From Blepharisma stoltei ATCC 30299 (lineage: Eukaryota; Protista; Ciliophora): 64,000 bases of DNA. A program made the translations under genes and the position numbers. Where the stretch lies: the NCBI GenBank assembly GCA_965603825.1, contig CBFDEM010000015.1, positions 630,644-694,643 on the forward strand, read 5' to 3'. Below the pieces are notes generated by a model, which saw only the letters and a list, made by a program, of their open reading frames with translations, had not been told where the DNA came from and did not search any database. Shown here one piece after another: positions 61,386 through 64,000 of this stretch; position 1 is the stretch's first letter; every line of letters begins with the position of its first letter.

Positions 61386-64000
61386 TTAGGGTGTTAGGGT
61401 GTTAGGTGAGGTGTTAGGGTGTTAGGGTGTTAGGGTGTGTAGGGTGTTAGGGTGTTAGGGTGTTAGGGTGTTAGGGTGTTAGGGTGTTAGGGTTGTTAGG
61501 GTGTTAGGTGGTGTTAGGGTGTTAGGGTGTTAGGGTGTTAGGGTGTTAGGGTGTTAGGTTTAGGGTGTTAGGGTGTTAGGGTGTTAGGGTGTTAGGGTGT
61601 TAGGGTGTTAGGGTTAGGTGTTAGGGTGTTAGGGTGTTAGGGTGTTAGGGTGTTAGGTGTTAGGGTGTTAGGGTGTTAGGGTGTTAGGGTGTTAGGGTGT
61701 TTAGGGTGTTAGGGTGTTAGGGTGTTAGGGTGTTAGGGTGTTAGGGTGTTAGGTGTTAGGGTGTTAGGGTTAGGGTGTTAGGGTGTTAGGGTGTTAGGGT
61801 GTTTAGGGTGTTAGGGTGTAGGGTGTTAGGGTGTTAGGGTGTTAGGGTGTTAGGGTGTTAGGGTGTTAGGTTGTTAGGTGTAGGGTGTTAGGGTGTTAGG
61901 GTGTTAGGGTGTTAGGGTGTTAGGGTGTTAGGGGGTGTTAGGGTGTTAGGTGTTAGGGTGTTAGGGTGTTAGGGTGTTAGGGTGTTAGGGTGTTAGGTGT
62001 TAGGGTGTTAGGGTGTTAGGGTGTTAGGGTGTTAGGGTGTTAGGGTGTTTAGGGTGTTAGGGTGTTAGGGAGGTGTTAGGGTTTAGGGTGTTAGGGTGTT
62101 AGGGTGTTAGGGTGTTAGGGTGTTAGGGTGTTAGGGTGTTAGGGTGTTAGGGTGTTAGGGTGTTAGGGTGTTAGGGTGTTAGGGTGTTAGGGTGTTAGGG
62201 TGTTAGGTTAGGTGTTAGGGTGTTAGGGTGTTAGGGTGTTAGGGTGTTAGGTGTGTTAGGGTGTTAGGGTGTTAGGGTGTTAGGTGTTAGGGTGTAGGGT
62301 GTTAGGTGTTAGGTGTTAGGGTGTTAGGGTGTTAGGGTGTTAGGGTGTTAGGGTGTTAGGGTGTAGGGTGTTAGGGTGTTAGGGTGTTAGGGTGTTAGGG
62401 TGTTAGGGTGTGTTAGGGTGTTAGGGTGTTTGGTGTTAGGGTGTTAGGTGTTAGGGTGTTAGGTGTTAGGGTGTTAGGGTGTTAGGGTGTTAGGGTGTTA
62501 GGGTGTTAGGGTGTTAGGGTGTTAGGGTGTTAGGTAGGTGTTAGGGTGTTAGGGTGTTAGGGTGTTAGGGTGTTAGGGTGTTAGGGTGTTAGGGTGTGGT
62601 TTAGGGTGTTAGGGTGTTAGGGTTAGGGTGTTAGGGTGTTAGGGTGTTAGGGTGTTAGGGTGTTAGGTGTTAGGTGTAGGGTGTTAGGGTTGTTAGGGTG
62701 TTAGGGTGTTAGGGGTGTTAGGGTGTTAGGGTGTTAGGGTGTTAGGGTGTTAGGGTGTTAGGGTGTTAGGGTGTTTAGGGTGTTAGGGTGTTAGGGTGTT
62801 AGGGTGTTAGGTGTAGGTTAGGGTGTTAGGGTGTTAGGGTGTTAGGGTGTTAGGGTGTTAGGGTGTTAGGGTGTTGGTTAGGGTGTTAGGGTGTTAGGGT
62901 GTTAGGGTGTTAGGGTGTTAGGTGTTAGGGTGTTAGGGTGTTAGGGTGTTGTTAGGGTGTTAGGGGTGGTGTTAGGGTGTTAGGGGTTGTTAGGGTGTTA
63001 GGGTGTTAGGGTGTTAGGGTGTTAGGGTGTTAGGGTGTTAGGGTGTTAGGGTGTAGGGTGTTAGGGTGTTAGGGTGTGGTTAGGGTGTTAGGTGTTAGGT
63101 GTTAGGGTGTTAGGGTGTTTGGGTGTTAGGGTGTTAGGTGTTAGGGTGTTAGGGTGTGTTAGGGTGTTAGGGTGTTAGGGTGTTAGGGTGTTAGGGTGTT
63201 AGGGTGTTAGGGTGTTAGGGTGTTAGGGTGTTAGGGTGTTAGGGTGTTAGGGTGTTAGGGTGTTAGGGTGTTAGGGTGTTAGGGTGTTAGGGTGTTAGGG
63301 TGTTAGGGTGTTAGGGTTAGGTGTTAGGGTGTTAGGGTGTTAGGGTGTTAGGGTGTTAGGGTGATAGGGTGTTAGGGTTTAGGGTGTTAGGGTGTTAGGG
63401 TGTTAGGGTGTTAGGGTTGTTAGGGTGTTAGGGTGTTAGGGTGTTAGGGTGTTAGGGTGTTAGGGTAGTTAGGGTGTTAGGTGTTAGGGTGTTAGGGTGT
63501 TAGGTTGTTAGGGTAGGTTAGGGTGTTAGGGTGTTAGGGTGGGTGTTAGGGTGTTAGGGTTAGGGTGTTAGGGTGTTAGGGTGTTAGGGGTTTAGGGTGT
63601 TAGGGTGTTAGGGGTGTTAGGGTGTAGGGTGTTAGGGTGTTAGGTGTTAGGGTGTTAGGGTGTTAGGGTGTTAGGGTGTTAGGGTGTAGGTGTTAGGGTG
63701 TTAGGGTGTTAGGGTGTAGGGTAGTGGTAGGTGTTAGGGTGTTAGGGTGTTAGTTTAGGGTGTTAGGGTGTTAGGGTGTTAGGGTGTTAGGGTGATTAGG
63801 TGTTAGGGTGTTAGGGTGTTAGGTGTTTAGGGTGTTAGGGTGTATAGGGTGTTAGGGTGTTAGGTGTTAGGGTGTTAGGGTGTTAGGGTGTTAGAGGGTG
63901 TTAGGGTGTTAGGTGTTAGGTTAGGTTAGGGTGTTAGGGTGTTAGGTGTTAGGTGTTAGGGTGTTAGGGTGTTAGGGTGTTAGGGGTGTTAGGGTGTTAG
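61386..64000 (+). repeat. Telomeric repeat array (TTAGGGTG)n = (CCCTAACA)n, heterotrich ciliate type
   Basis: An 8-nt unit repeated to the window end, G-rich strand 5'->3' towards the end, with scattered indel variants. Confidence 0.97.

Noticed and set aside
61386-64000. Variant telomere units as a code or a CRISPR-like array
   Set aside because: There are no spacers, and the variants are random indels consistent with telomerase slippage or read error.

Overview
This is AT-rich eukaryotic DNA ending in a telomere of at least 2.6 kb, (TTAGGGTG)n = (CCCTAACA)n on the other strand. Conserved Trp positions are encoded by TGA and introns are 15-16 nt GT..AG. Together these point to a heterotrich ciliate, most likely Blepharisma (UGA=Trp), so the standard-code ORF track fragments or misses many genes. 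Bases 1-17.6 kb hold ordinary compact genes: R3H-RCC1 protein, TMX-like thioredoxin, COQ4, cytosolic carboxypeptidase, CFAP96-like, FYVE, two TMBIM/BI-1, PNKP and a C2 protein. A decayed non-LTR retrotransposon (ORF1 plus APE-RT-CCHC) spans about 18.3-23.1 kb. The ~37 kb subtelomeric block at 23.5-60.6 kb is made almost entirely of one pathway. It has 4 divergent ubiquitin-like modifiers (one, two or three Ubl domains, all ending GG plus a tail, none with LRLRGG), 1 full-length E1 with an altered Arg72 pocket, 5 intact divergent E2s, 10 catalytically intact minimal USP proteases, 1 inactive USP and about 5 pseudogenes. No E3 is recognisable. Most cluster genes share a T[AG]TAGA[AT] motif just upstream of the ATG. 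The best candidate for a new system is a lineage-specific, co-regulated, fast-evolving Ubl conjugation/deconjugation cluster with ISG15/FAT10-like logic; its function is inferred, not shown.
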